Part shown: one piece after another, positions 22,521 through 34,712 of the stretch | Numbering within the stretch: the first letter of the stretch is position 1 | Layout of the letters: every line of letters starts with the position of its first letter | NCBI RefSeq assembly: GCF_038025025.1 | Contig: NW_027117340.1 | Coordinates: 1,612,001 to 1,676,000 of the forward strand | Origin: Phyllosticta citribraziliensis | Lineage: Eukaryota | Direction: 5' to 3' | Length of the DNA: 64,000 nucleotides | Translations under genes and position numbers: made by a program | Notes under the pieces: model-generated | What the model saw: the letters and a program-made list of their open reading frames with translations, nothing else | What the model was told of the DNA's origin: nothing | Databases searched by the model: none

Positions 22521-24113
22521 ATGGAGACTCTGTGGTCCATTGTCGACCGGCATTGGTGGATGACGGTGTTTTTCCTGGTCTTGTGAGGACTGCCCCCCTC
22601 CTCCCTCAAAAAGCAAAGAATCCTTGTACTGATTTTTTTTTCTTTTCTTCTTGTCCAGTCTCCTCAAGGGCCTCCGCACCATTGTCAATGCCGTCGCCTT
22701 CTACTGCCTGTACAGGCCAACGCCCATACCGGAAAAACCGACGCACACCAACGACGACGTGACGGTCATCCTGCCGTCGATTGATGGCGACGGGCCGGAG
22801 CTGCAATCGACGGTGCGGTCCATCCTGAGCTGTGGGCCAGCAGAAATCCTTCTGGTGACGATCGACGCCAATGTCAAGCGGGCCAATCAAATGGTCAAGA
22901 CCATGGGCGCTGCGGCGGAGCGGACGGTCAGGATCATGAGCGTGGCCCAGGCCAACAAGCGGCGCCAGATGTGCGTGGCCATCCCCGAGGTCAAGACCAA
23001 GATCATCATCTTCGCCGACGACGACGTGACTTGGGGGCGGAACCTGCTGCCGTGGATTCTGGCGCCGTTTGAGGACTCCAAGATGGGCGGCGTGGGTACG
23101 AATCAGCGCGTCAAGAGGAATCCCGAGCTGCGCTATCTCTCGAGGGCCTACCTGTGGCAGTTTCTCGGCGAGATGTACATTCGCAGGCGCAACTTCGACA
23201 TCACGGCCTGCACCCAGCTCGACGGGGGGCTTCCCTGCCTGAGCGGCCGCACCGTCGCCTATCGCGCCAAAATCCTGCAAAACGGCGACTTTACCCACGG
23301 CTTCCAAAACGAGAAGTGGAACGGCTACACCCTCAACGCCGACGACGACAACTTCATCACCCGCTGGATGGTCTCGCACGGCTTCGACACGACCGTTCAG
23401 TACCACCCCGAGGCCGAGGTGCAGACGACTCTCGAGTGCAACCCGCGCTACCTCCGCCAATGCCTGCGCTGGGTCCGCAGCAACTGGCGCAGCAACCTGA
23501 CGACCATGTTTGTCGAGCGCCACACCTGGTCGTGCGTCTCTCCCCCCATCCTCATCCCCTGCTTACTCTCTCAATAACTGACCCCGTATCCAGCCGCCAG
23601 CCCTGGAGCACATACGCCGTCCAGCAAACCACCCTGACCGCCTGGGCCCTCCCATACGACCTCTGCCTCTTTTACACCTGGAACCTCGCCGCACAGAGCG
23701 AGTCCCTCTCCCAGCCTGCCTTTGTCGCTGGCGTCGCCCTGCTTGCCGCCTGGGTCGTCCTCACAAAGTGCACCAAGCTCATGCCCCATTTTGTCCGCCA
23801 CCCCGAGGACATTGTGCTCCTTCTCCCCGTCGTCGTCATGTTCGGCTACGTCCATGGCCTGATCAAGCTTTGGGGCTTGGTCACACTCAATGCCGTAAGT
23901 ATCTACTGCTGCTGCTGCTGCCGTTATCAATCAACCCCGCACGCGCCCCCGGCTAACCTCCCGCTCCCGCAGACGACCTGGGGCAGCAGACCCGCCGCCG
24001 ACGAAGACGACGACATCAGAATGGTGCCTCCAAAGTCCCGATCGAACATCACTTCCTCTTTAACGGATTGCGAAAAGAAGTCTTTGCATCAGTCCCTGCT
24101 ACTTCCAAAATAG
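22521..24113 (+). CDS. GT2 processive polysaccharide synthase, Cps1/hyaluronan-synthase-like; introns 22583-22658, 23532-23593, 23895-23972
   Basis: N-terminal TM helix, NKRRQM, DDD (DxD), CLSGRT, ADDDNFITRW, QCLRW (QxxRW), C-terminal TM helices and TTWGSR. Three GT-AG introns restore the frame. Confidence 0.92.
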
Positions 24114-24396
24114 ACGACCTGGGTTAATCTTTTTTCTCCTCTCCTATCATCTTTTTTGGGCACTCATCCTCATTGCATCGCTTGTTCTTGCTTGCATCAT
24201 GGGTGTCGTCGTTGTTGGAGCGATGCGAAAGAGACTGAGCGGCCGGTCGACTTTTCTTGGGCCAACACAAAAAAAGGGGGTCCGAGGCATGCATGCATTG
24301 TCAGCTTCATCCTTTTTTGGTTCTTCTCTTCCCGCGGCCGGCGGACGAGCAGGGATTTGCGAAGCCGCCGCTTCCTCATCCGTCTCCCGCTGCATT

Positions 24397-24434
<38 letters not shown>

Positions 24435-24436
24435 AC
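24397..24436. repeat. compound microsatellite (TC)n(AC)n
   Basis: Direct reading. Confidence 0.95.
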
Positions 24437-26274
24437 TTCATCATCGCGTTGGGCGCTGGGAGCTGCTGGGTCTTTTTGGTCGATTACATACTGATATCCC
24501 GCAATGGCGTAGAGGGCGGCAGCGACTTGGGGGGTTTTCAGGCTGCTACATGGGTTGGGCATATTGGGTGTCTATTTCTTCCTTCTCTTTGTCTTGTATC
24601 ACGACAAGCGGCTGTGTACAGTAGTAGCAGGGGTTTTTTTTTTCTTTCAGTTTTTTTCTTTTTTCTTTCCCCGTCATCATCATCAGCAGCATCGTTGACG
24701 ATCATGGTCGATAGTCTGGTGTGGGGTTTCTTTCAGGGGGGCAACAGCAAAAAAGACAGACAGCACCACTACAGGTTAATGCTACACAGATTCCAAAAAA
24801 GACGACTGCATTGATGAGATGATTTTGGCTTTTGAACGATGCACGCCTCGCAGCATACGGCGGCGGCGGCGGCGGCGGCAGCCGGTCACGGCTGGCAGCT
24901 GGCTGGGCTGGGCTGGGCTGGCTGCGGCGCATGTGATGATCAGCTTTGGAGCGCGTCAAATTGTGCATCACAGGCGACAGTGGCAGCAGATGGCGGCGGC
25001 GCGCTGGCTGGGGGGTGGAGGGGTGCGAGCTGCGGCTCTATCGGGATGATGCTGGCTTGGACGCAATCGGCAAGTGGTCTCTTCTCTGTCTGCGTCTCTC
25101 CGTCTTTCTTCAGCTCCCCGACGCTAAAACGCACATCCACTCGACTACTCCCTGTATCCATCTTTGTGGGGACATTGGATGCTCACTGTCTTTCATGTAC
25201 TAGTCGATGCTACGGACTTGAACGCTTCGTTGGTATTCTTGCAGTCCTGGGAAGCTCGAATGGTTCCTGTCGATGCTCCTCCAACGAGCCTTGCATGCAC
25301 TGCACATGGCATGGAATTCGCCAAACAAGCCTCGCCCCCTCGATAAAGACGAATGGGGCCACTGCGGATGTCGGGAGAGGCAGAAAGAGGCTGGAGAGGT
25401 GGGAGCGAGCCAGCGTGCGAGTGGGTAGGCGGGTCCGGAAATGCGCCGCGTCAGTAAACGACTGGCTGGCGAGAGGGAGAGCGAGGGCTCGACAAAAAAG
25501 TTCCGATTCATCATCACTGGCTCTTCCCGTTCAGCGCTGGATCTGCATCCAACCTGCAAGGTTTCAACAGCAATGGCCGTGGTGCCTTTCCCGCTCCGCG
25601 CTCCGCGGCAGAACCGAGCTTCGAACAAACACAGTGCGCGCTGGCTGACAAGACCTTCTCATTCGGGTCTTCTGCTTATTACTCCTTTTCCCTTGTCATG
25701 ATGGCTTTCGCCGCCGCCGCCGCCGCCGCCGCTGGCCGGGGGAGGGATTGACGGGCGGAGACGAGACGAGCGCCCTGGCCACAACAAGGTCCCGAGGGCA
25801 TCGCCGGACGGCAGCGCGGACGGGCGGACGGACGGTGCTGCGGTGGTGCCAGTGCTCTATTCCCGCGCGGATGATGGACAAGCTTTGCCAATTGGAGACG
25901 CCACCTTGAAATGCTACTCTACAGCGCAGCACATGGCAAGAGGAAAAGCATGCAACGAAAAAAAAAAAAAAAAAAAAAAGACCGGAGAGAAAGCCTCGTC
26001 AAACGACCGTCAGCACACCTCAGCACAAACAAGACGTGGTGTGGTATCCGGGCGGCGGCCGGTCGACGGCGGCGAAATTTTCGCGGGCCACGCACCAGAC
26101 AGCTCCAGTATTATTTCGTCACGCAAGCAGGGCAACCGGCCAGCCAGACACGAGAATTATGATGGGGTCAGTAGTGTACACACGTACCTACACACATAGA
26201 GGCCTTTTCCCCATTGGGCCCCAGGACCGGCCTTGGACCCGTGGTGGGGAAAAAAAAGGGTTCTCCGGCTTGCT

Positions 26275-26306
<32 letters not shown>

Positions 26307-27512
26307 TCTTCATGGCGGCGACGACGTGCAAGGAATGAACCGGAAGCAGCAACAATAATCATGAGCGAGTGCCCACAAGCCGACAGCACCGCCATTGGTA
26401 CACACCATGTACCGAGTTTGCGCCACAGACTGTTTGTCGACGTCGCTTGGCTGTTGACAATCAGTTTGTGCGACAACCTGGGGACGCCGCCCCCAAAGTG
26501 CTCGCCAAAAGCCGCCGCTTTGAGCACCAGCCTCTACCGGGGAGTCCCATGTTGGAATCTCGATCAGCAGCTCTTACGGCGACCCGACCGGTGTGCTCGT
26601 TCAGTTGACGACAGATGGCTGTGGTTGTTGTACCCTGACGGCTTGCGCTCCGGCCGACGGCTCCCGCGCTAGCCGTGAGGTGGGTGAGGTGGGTTCCGTT
26701 CGGCCTGCCGGAGAGCTCCTCATCATCAGTTGAGCGCTCAGGTCTGCACTGACAATCGAACAGGCGGTGGTCCGAGGCAACGGAAGCGGCAAGCACGGGC
26801 GGCATGATTGTGCAAAGGGCACCTGGGGTCGGAACAGAACACCCTCGCTGCCAGGTACCACTCGCTCTCTGCCATTCATCATGTTTTTGATTCTCGTTGT
26901 CCTGCAGCATGCTCTCTCTCTTCCTCACTTCTCCGCGTCGACCAAATCCAGGCCGTCCAATATCCTTGGGCGACCCACTCGCTTCGTCGTCCGAGCCAGC
27001 TGAATCCTAGACGCGCAGCGCAGGGCCCTGCGGGCGATCGAGGGCTTCTTTGCTTTTTGTCCCATGTATGTCATTCGCGCGGTCGCTCCCGCAGCAAGGT
27101 CCCTAGCAACCAAGTCATGTCGCGACGACTAGCCCGCCCATGACTGTCCGAGGCTTTGGGGAGCGAGGGCGAGAAATTGAGCGAGACTGGGCGCCGCGCG
27201 CACCATCTCATTTCGACGACAACGACGACGACGACGACACAAAACGACCCCACGACAATGGCGCCGACATGTCTGTCCCAAGCAAAGATCCTCGGGGCGT
27301 CGGTAGTCTCGACTGGAGGGTGTCCAGGGATCATCCCGCGAGGAGCTCTGTGTTGGACCCTCATCGCCTCATCGCCGCGCACAGGCCAGAGTGGAGGAGC
27401 GACTGCTGTGGGTGGACGCTGAAGTTTTTGCGTAATTTGCCAACTACTGCCAACAATGATGATGATGGATCGCGATACGACTCGCGCACCCGGCTCCACC
27501 CACTTGTGTTCT

Positions 27513-27514
<2 letters not shown>

Positions 27515-27546
<32 letters not shown>
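27515..27546. repeat. (CT)n microsatellite
   Basis: Direct reading. Confidence 0.95.
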
Positions 27547-27548
<2 letters not shown>

Positions 27549-28703
27549 AGCTGCAGTACGGTTCTCGCTCCCTTCAGATGGACTGATTGGATGTCGGCAC
27601 CTCCGCTTTCTGCTCACCTCAGGTCGTACGAATTGCTTGCGCAAGCGCGCGTCTCGTCCTCCTTGTCGCCGTCTTGGCCGCCACACGGCCTTTCCATACA
27701 GCTTTCACGGCATACGACGTTGGTTCAGCTCGTCAGGGAACAGGAACACGGTGCCCGCCGGGCAGAGAACATGGTGGCAGGCGAAATTTCGGCGACGGAG
27801 CATCATTATTTTGCCGTTTGCAAATAATCATCAGGACGTCAGCCAGCAGCCAACAGCTTGCCCGGCGTTGGTGAGCAGGTGGGTGGGTGTGCGGAGTCAG
27901 AGTCGCGTATCCGTGGAGCAGCAGCCCCATGACGAACGAGTGGGAAGGCTTGCCAGTACTTCCGCACCGCGCCAACGACAATCAGGAACAAACCACACAT
28001 CAATGCTGGCCAACTTGCCCTTGCAGCACATCTTCCAATGATCCCATCAACCCACTCCTCCACAGCCACCATCATCATATCTCAACTGCCAGCACACCCG
28101 GTCTTTGGGGGCACTCGACGACGGTGGTTCCGCCGAGCAGTCCCACTCTTTGTCTGACTCGGTCCGCCATGGCCATGATTCAAGCCCGCACCGTGTCTCG
28201 AGCGTGATCCCTTCCCTCCCGTGCGGACGGGAACACTTCACGGTGCCGCCAACAAGTCAACGCTCGAGCTTGTCCACGACTCGTCCGCGTGCGGGGGGAA
28301 CCACGACGATCTCAACCATCAGAACCAGAAAGCCTGCCAGCATGTCAAGGCGACGACACATGTGGAAATCGACACCCACCAGCGCCATCTACCGCACTCA
28401 GCCGTCAGGTGCATACGGTCGGTCTTTTTCTCACTCTCAACACACCAAGCGTGACATGCGACCATCGGATCCGCATCGTATTCGCAAAGCCACATTATGT
28501 GATCAATTCTTGAACATCGCCATCTGCTGCACCACCAGCATGCATCGCCTCTGATCCTCCACACATACGCCCCCAAGCCACGCGGCACATTAACGACGCG
28601 AGCTAGCCAATCCAGCCCCCCAAGAGCAGAGCCGCAAGCTAATGCAAGTGTTTATCGCATCCTAGGGCTCAGATGACCTCTCAGCTTGATTTGCATCCTG
28701 CAG

Positions 28704-29983
28704 CTACAACGTCTTCTCTACCGCCTCGAGCTCCGCCATGGCACCCTTCCACTGCTCCCACTCCGCGTCGCCCCCGGGGAAGCCGCCCTGCAGCGGCACG
28801 CGCCCTCCATCGCGAACTCCGTATCCGCGCAGTCGGCTGATGGCCTCCTTGACGCCAATAACGCCCCATTTGGCTAGCAGCTTCTCGCCCTTGGCCACCG
28901 TGTACTGCAGCTTGCGAATCTCGTCGAGCGCGCCCAAACGGTCACTTTCGAACAGGTTAAAGATGCGCACCACTGTCTTGGGGAACACGGCCGCCAGTCC
29001 GTCGATAGCGCCCGCGCCGTTGAGCGTCAGCACCGGCAGCAGCACCTGGCCCAGACCCGTGAACGGCCTAAATTTGCCCTCGACGTCGATGTTAGGATTC
29101 AGGCCTACAAGCGCAAAGTCGTCGAGGTTGCCATGCGACAGCTTGCAGCCGACAATGTTGGGATGCTGTGCCAAACGCTCCATGGTGCTGGCTGAGATGA
29201 CGACGTTGTTGGACACGCCCGGGTAGTGGTACCTGCAGGCCAGCGGCGATTGTTAGTTATCAGATGTGTCCCTGATCTGCTGCTACTGCGAGCCATGGGC
29301 TGTCGGCAGTTGTCAAGCCAGCTTGGCCATGTGGCTGTCATGCGCTGCCGGTCTTTGCCTTCACCGCCAGAAGCCTGCATGTGTTCATGTGAAAGCCACA
29401 TGCAGCATGTGAAGGCGGCTAAGAAGGGAGAAGATCAAAGAAAAGGGAGAAGACTTACACCAAGATGGGAATTGGGCTCTTGTCTGCCACATGCTCAAAC
29501 CACCTCGTCAACCCCCACTGGCTCACGGCGCTGGCAAAATAGCCCGGCGCCAAAACCATGCCCCACTGGACGCCGGCGCGCTTGGCATCTGCGAGCTGGG
29601 CAACCGTCTCGTCGACGCTCTGCGTCGCCGTGCCTGCGAGGATGGGGTAGTCGGGAAATCCGGCCGCCTCGAGCTCTGCTCGCACTCCGGAAAGCACGGC
29701 AAAGCGCTCCTCGTTGGTGATGTGCACGGCCTCGCCCGTCGACCCCAGAATCACCAGTCCCCGGATCCCGTTGCGCGCCAGGTACACGGCGTGCGCGGCT
29801 TGCGTGGGCACGTCGAGAGGAGCGGCATGCTCTTCGGTGGGCGACGTGGGCGCTGCAAAGAAGGTGGGGACCTAGGTAAAGATCAGTTTGATGCTCCATA
29901 TGATGGGTTTGAGAGGGGCCATAGAGGTAAGTTGTTTGTCTACTTACAGGCACGTAGATGCCCTTGGGCGGGGAAGTAACCAT
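28704..29983 (-). CDS. LRA4: DHDPS/NAL-family aldolase, likely L-2-keto-3-deoxyrhamnonate aldolase; introns 29872-29947 and 29233-29458
   Basis: GIYVPVPTFF, LGSTGE, YPGVSNN, HPNIVGCKLSHG (Schiff-base Lys), TGLGQVLLPVL and GRVPL match yeast Lra4 as recalled. Adjacent to LRA2/LRA1-like genes. Confidence 0.85.
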
Positions 29984-30996
29984 ACTGACGAGTGGGTTGG
30001 TGTTCGTTTTTTTCGGGCGGAAGCCAATGATAAGTTCGGGGAATGCCTGTAGATGCGGGATGAGACGAGACCCTTGGCCAAGAACGGACAGATGCTTGGA
30101 TGTTGCGGCTCAAGTAGGCCAAGGCAAATGTGTCTGAGATCGTTCCCCGGCGGGCGGAACAGGAGGAACAACACCAGATGGTTGGGATTGTGAGTACGTA
30201 CAGGTAAATGGTTTGTCTGCGTGGTTCAATGCTCAATGACTTGCCGTCGACGCTGTTTTAGGGCCACTTGGTTCCTCTGCCTAACGAGGAAAGGTAGGAT
30301 ATTGGCAAAAAGGATTGGCAGGGCGAGGAAAAAAGACAAAAGATCGGACGGGAACGAGGTGAGAGAGCAGCGGTACGTTGGTACATAGCATCTAGCTGCG
30401 GTAACCAAGCTCGCAACCATCTCCCAGCGAACCCCTCTCCCCCGCCACGCACGCTACCAGCTACCCCGCGTGGGGGTGCCACCGGCACCGGCACCGACTA
30501 TGCCATCAGCGAACCAGCGGACTGTCTTTGTCCCCCACTCTACGCGCTCGCGCTTTCGATTCGTTGTTGGGCGCAGGGCACAGGGCGCGAGTGCTCGGTG
30601 TGACGTTGTGCCGAGCAGCCGTGTCCTTACCGGGTAACCCGTGCAAACCGACGCGTCGGGGTCCCGAGTTCGACGAGGGGCGGCACGGCTTTTGAGAGGC
30701 GGATATACTCCAGCGTGTTGCCTTTGCTTACGTACAGGTGCGTTGCGATTTGAACACGGCTGTCGGTTTGGAGAGGAGGTTTGATGTGGTTGGTGGACGG
30801 TGAGGGTAACCGAAGCTTCACTGCAGTGCTTCCTTCAGTTTCCTTCACGTCATCGTCATTTCTGCTACTCGCGCCCAGCAGCCTTCTTCACGCCTATCCA
30901 GAAGAGTAGTCACTCAATTCAGTCTTCATTCGCAACGAGAACAACATCAAAGTCGCTTCTTTTTCAATTGAATTCAGTCACCCTTCCAAACCCACC

Positions 30997-32252
30997 ATGG
31001 CTTCCCCTCCACCCGCCAGCCCCCGCATCCTCGATTCCCACATCCACCTCTGGCCCGCATCCGCCGCCAACGAAGACGGCCACACATGGATGACGCCCGG
31101 CGCACCTCTCGCGCGGCCGTATCTTCTCTCCCACTACCTCGCCGCCTCGCACGGCGCTCCCGTCGTCGGCGCCGTCTTCATCGAGACGGACCGGCGGCTG
31201 ACGCCCGTCGAAGACAGCGGAGCTGATGACGAAAGCACAATCCTGACGCGCTGCGCCGGCCCGCTGGACGAGCTGGCGTGGCTTCGTTCTCTGGTTGAAG
31301 AAGACGACGCGGGCAGGGAGATGCTCTGGGGCCTCGTTCCCTGGGCGCCGTTTGACGCGTCGCCGATCGCCTTCGGGCGCTACCTGGACGCGGCGGAGAA
31401 GACTGCGGGCGTGGCAGCGTGGGCACGCGTGCGCGGTTGGCGGTACCTTGTCCAGGGCATCACGGATGAGGCGGCGTTTCGCAGGTTGGTTAGTAGCAGC
31501 GGATGGATGGAGAATCTGAGAGAGTGCGGGCGCAGGGGCTGGTGCTTTGACATTGGCGTTGATGCAAGGAGTGGCGGACCGTGGCAACTGGAGGCTGTGG
31601 CGGATATGATTGAGAAGGTGAGAGGGCTTGAGGATGCAGAGGGGATAGCGGAACGGGGTCAGGGGAGGTTGACGTTCATTTTGAGTGAGTCTAGTGTTCC
31701 TTTTCCATCATTGGTTGCTACTACCGGTAGCGCCGTTCCTCTCCCACGTGGCTTCCCTTGCACTATCCCAGCGCTAACAACGACACCTCCTCAGACCACC
31801 TATGCAAACCCGACATGCTCCAACATCACCTCCCCTCCCTTTCGCAGAACAAAGCCTTGCTCGACGCCTTCGAAAGATGGACCGTCTGTATGCGCCGCTT
31901 CGCCCGCCTGCCGCGCGTCTACATGAAGCTGTCGGGCGGCTTTTCCGAGATGGACCTCGCGTCCGACGCGACCGCCGACCAAGCCGTCACGCGCCTCAAG
32001 CCGTATCTCGACGTCGTCTTCCGCTGCTTCACCGCGCAGCGCGTCATGTTCGGTAGCGACTGGCCCGTTTGCAACGTGCGCGGGCCCGGCGGCGAAGAGC
32101 GCGCCTGGCGCCTCTGGCGAGATGCCGTGGAACGGGTCGTCGGCGGCCACGAGGCTGGAGGATACGACTTGAGCCACGAGCAAAGGGATAGGGTGTGGTT
32201 TGGCACGGCGGTCGAGGCGTACGGGTTGACGCCGCCGAGTGTGCGAAAATAG
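30997..32252 (+). CDS. LRA2: amidohydrolase-superfamily L-rhamnono-gamma-lactonase; intron 31685-31794
   Basis: ILDSHIHLWP, FIETDR, RYLVQ, FDIGVD, ILNHLCKP (formed across the intron), YMKLSG and MFGSDWPVC. Confidence 0.9.
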
Positions 32253-32302
32253 AGATGCAATGCGCATCGAGTTTGTTTTGAAATTTGTTGTTCGTTTCTA
32301 CC

Positions 32303-33225
32303 TTACTGCAAGTTGACAAACAGCCCTCCGTCGACCAGGAGCTGTGCTCCGTTCTACAGCCAGCCGTCAGCCCACGATGATTTCCCGGGGGAATAACAAG
32401 ACTGTTGTCCAAACTCACCACATAGCGCGACAAGTCGCTCGCCAAAAACACAGCCGGGCCGGCCAGGTCTGCAGGTTCACCCGTCCGCCCTAGCGGGATG
32501 CGGCTCTCGGTGTAGGCGCGCTTCTGCGGATCCGCCAGGTCCTCCTCGTTGAGCTGCGTCTTGATTGTGCCGGGCAGCAGGGCGTTGCACCGTATATTGT
32601 ACTTGCCGAGGGCGCACGCGCTCGACTGCATCAGGCTCAGCACGCCCGCCTTGGTCGGCGTGTAGTGCACCTGCTGGCCGCCGCCGACCAGCGCGCTGAT
32701 GGACGAGATGCCGATGATGGAGCCGCCGTCGCCTTGGGATGCCATTTGCCGTGCCGCCGCTTGCACGGCGTAAAAGGCCCCGCCGAGGTTCGTGTTGAGC
32801 GTGAACTGCCAGAGGTCCGCGTCGAGCCTGCGCGCAACGCGTCGTTTAGTCTCTCTCCCCTGGTGCTCCTCTTCGCGGTCTCCACTGGGGACATGCACTT
32901 ACTCGAGGAAATCAGCAAACTTGCAAACGCCCGCATTGCTCACAAAGACGTCGAGCCGGCCAAAGCGCTCCACCGTCTCGCGCACCAGCCGCGTCGCCGT
33001 CTCGGGCTTGGAAATGTCGCCTGCCACCGCAATCAGGTTGTCTCCGGAGGTCCCCGCAGCTTTGACCTGCTCGGCCAACGTGTTGAAATGTTGCTCGGAC
33101 GCGCTGTCGCCCAGATGGTTGACGGCAACTTTGGCGCCCTGCCGCAGGTACTCGAGCACGATGGCGCGGCCGATGCCAGTAACGCCGCCCGTCACCGCGG
33201 CGACTTTGTTTGCGAGGAGAGCCAT
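32303..33225 (-). CDS. LRA1: SDR-family L-rhamnose 1-dehydrogenase; introns 32828-32902 and 32354-32418
   Basis: TGGVTGIG, SNAGVC, SSISALVGG, HYTPTKA (YxxxK) and the C-terminal LLVDGGLFVNLQ typical of Lra1/Rha1. Confidence 0.93.
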
Positions 33226-33323
33226 GGGAGGTGGGTTGGTTTCCCGAGTCGAAAGGGTGCTGCTGCCTTTGTCGATCTTCCTTTTCCCTTCGCTGGCATC
33301 AGTCTCAAATTTTTTTTTAGTTG

Positions 33324-33443
33324 CCGGGGACTTCAACAGTTTACAAGGCGTCGCCTCCCGCGGGGCTCCGCAGCTTGGCCCGCCGTCGTTCGGTGCAGTG
33401 GTACACCTTACCCCGCCATGATGACCTCACGGGGTCCGTGGGG
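33324..33443. promoter_or_regulatory. cluster of CreA/Cre1-type SYGGRG sites upstream of LRA1
   Basis: Matches at 33324 (CCGGGG), 33360 (GCGGGG), 33366 (CTCCGC), 33411 (CCCCGC) and 33438 (GTGGGG). Confidence 0.45.
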
Positions 33444-34680
33444 GACGCGCTCGAAAGCTCGGGTCAATGAAGCGCGAGGCGACCCGACGGCTGCTGAGCG
33501 GAAGACCCGAGACGGAGACGGACCGAGGCGACGCGAGATGATGGCAACGCCAACGAGGTTTCGCTCTCTTGGTGTGCAGTCACGCGATTGGGAGAAAGAA
33601 AGGTAAGAAGTAGATGGAGTTGATTTTAGGGGTACAAACGTCTCTTTCCCCTGCCACCTTAGGTTTAGGGATAGTATGCTTCCGTTCTGCTCTCCTTTGA
33701 CATGTCATGAATCGTCTTTGCCCAATTGTTTTTCTCTTATTTCCAAGTCCAATTTGTTGTTTGCTCACGGTTGCAAGCACCTGTTGTGTTTTGAGCTCTC
33801 TTACACTTCTGGCATTTTCTGTCAGGGGCATTCCTCCTGCAACTTGTGCGGCCCCTATTTGTGCCCCTGTAACTTTTCAGCGTGCGTGTAATCCAGAACT
33901 TTACCTTGGAGCCCGCTGTCTTCTGGAACCCACAAATGTTCTCACTGGTGCAGAATGCCGCCATTGGGTGCACCCTTGACTTTCGCTCGAGGCCTCGGAC
34001 TCCGGGTAGACTACCGGCGCATAGCCGACGCATCAATTTTCCTTTTTTTGTCTCCTTCTCATTTTTCTTTGCTACTCGTCGGCAATCTCGATGCAGCCGC
34101 ATGAGGCTTGCTGCAGTCTGCGGGTCATCTCGATACTGTCCTGTCTGTCCTGTCTGTCCTGTCGCGGAACGGAGGTTGCCCCTATGCTTGCGGCGCGTCC
34201 GTAAGCGTCATCTTGTGCGTATGTATGTAGCTCGTGCATGCTGCAGTCCCGAGGCGAGCGGACGGACACGATGGCTGAGATGGTGTTGAGGTGCATTGCT
34301 CGCTTTCGTACTGCGAACCCTGGCTTTTGCGATTGCTCACATTGCCATCTCTCAACCCCCCCCCCCAGCGACCGAATGCTACACCTCGACTTTCTCAGCT
34401 GCCCGTGCCCATGTCGTCATGCAAATCATGGCTTATGTTACCAAGTTCCTTGTCCATGACCACCATCACCTCCATCACCACTCTTGTTTCCCACGAGTCG
34501 CCCTCCAAAGTGCCCCCCGCTGCCGGCCCCAGGGCTATATGCAGGGACAAGGACCAGGGCCTGACATCCCTACGCCCTTGCAGCCGCCGGTCAGCTCAGA
34601 GAAAGAAAGCCTCCTGGCCGACATGTCGCCAGCCACGCCACGGGAGAAGACAACCAGACGTGACACAAGTGAGCCCTATC

Positions 34681-34712
34681 TGCCCTGCCCTGCCCTGCCC
34701 TGCCCTGCCCTG
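34681..34712. repeat. (TGCCC)n pentanucleotide repeat
   Basis: Direct reading. Confidence 0.9.

Noticed and set aside
30627..30641. TTACCGGGTAACCCG overlapping palindromes (Reb1-like CGGGTAA)
   Set aside because: A single short match whose relevance in this fungus is unsupported.
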